From Rhina ancylostomus (taxonomy: Eukaryota), in contig JARFYF010000007.1 of NCBI GenBank assembly GCA_030265395.1, positions 54,295,259 through 54,359,258 of the forward strand: DNA of 64,000 nt, read 5' to 3'. Both the position numbers and the translations under genes were made by a program. Numbering within the stretch: the first letter of the stretch is position 1; each line of letters starts with the position of its first letter. The notes beneath the pieces are model-generated. The model saw only the letters and a program-made list of their open reading frames with translations, was not told where the DNA came from and did not search any database. This document shows, one piece after another, positions 63,040 to 64,000 of the stretch.

Positions 63040-63330
63040 GTCCTCCATGTAACTAAATGGTTCTCTCAGCCACTTTGGAGGGGAATTAAGAGGCAACTGG
63101 TTAATTGGGACTGGACTCACATATAAATCAATGAAGTATGGATAGCAAATTTTTCCCCTGAGAAAGTTTACTTTTTATGACAATCTGACAGTTTCATGGT
63201 CATTTTCAATGATAACAGCTTTCTATTTCCTGTTTTTGAAAGTCGAACTGTAATGATGTAATTTGAACTCATCTTTGCCAGATATCTGTCTGGATTTTTT
63301 AATTAACAGTTCAATAACACTACCAAACAC
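63040..63330 (-). mobile_element. Decayed tRNA-derived SINE (same family as 28060-28420)
   Basis: CAGCCACTTTGGAGGGGAATTAAGAG...CAGTTTCATGGTCATT...ATTTGAACTC. Confidence 0.55.
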
Positions 63331-64000
63331 TTCTTAATAAAGAAAAGTTAAGTGGTTCATCAGGTCAGTGCATAAGTTACTCTTTACAGGAGGCCACTCG
63401 AGCATGGCTGACACTAATTATCTGAATTTTCAGGATGTGTGAATGCCAATATGAAACAAAATCTACATGCCCTTTGCTTGCTATTTATTGTATATATCAA
63501 TAAAACATCTCACAATTAAATTAGCAACACTGAAGGATATTCTCAATTGGCTACAGGAATGGAAAACAGGTATTATGGGATGAGCACCAATTCAAAGTAA
63601 ATCAGGTAGTTCCTCAAAAGGGACATCTAATCGGTTAAGAGTTAATGTAATTATGCCCATTCCTCCTTTATTAAATTACTCACAATTGCTATTATCTACA
63701 TTAATGTTGCTGATACCGTATTTCTAAATAAGGTTTAAGTTATAGGCAATGGACTTAATTTGCCTTGCTGGAAAGAATTCTGTCCAATGCTTCCTGAAAT
63801 CTCCATAGGGAGGATGGCTGCATGGTAAGACTTTCACTTACCTCAAGGTCACCATGGAGCTGACAGCTCTCATGGCTGACTGGAAAATCCTGGCCTTTTG
63901 CCAGTCAGATATCTCCAGGAAAAATATGGTCTCAGAATCTTCCAACTCAAGAATGGCATGTGTCTTAATATAAATGGGGCTGGTGGCCAAGTTTGTAAAA

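Overview
AT-rich, CpG-depleted vertebrate genomic DNA from a gapped draft assembly with many 10-N and 100-N gaps. The repeat content (CR1-type LINEs, V-domain and Deu-type tRNA-SINEs, Penelope-like elements) points to a cartilaginous fish, probably a ray or shark; this is an inference. I recognise no intact host protein-coding gene, rRNA, tRNA or CRISPR array. The window is mostly decayed mobile DNA. (1) About 15 CR1-group LINE fragments and several SINEs. (2) Three long Penelope-like RT/GIY-YIG remnants, plus short fold-back insertions of their terminal repeat that carry degenerate minimal hammerhead ribozyme cores. (3) At least four PIF/Harbinger remnants, one with a convergent transposase and Myb/SANT pair at 40.6-44.7 kb. 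(4) A degraded endogenous retrovirus at 47.6-51.0 kb with integrase, an unusual env-like frame and an LTR; a related solo LTR with TSD lies at 16650-17571 and another 3' end at about 45 kb. (5) A second, Gypsy-like LTR family. (6) An old, strand-skewed 41-42-bp tandem repeat broken up across 25.5-40.2 kb. Family calls come from hand translation and remembered consensus motifs, not database searches. Boundaries without a TSD are approximate.
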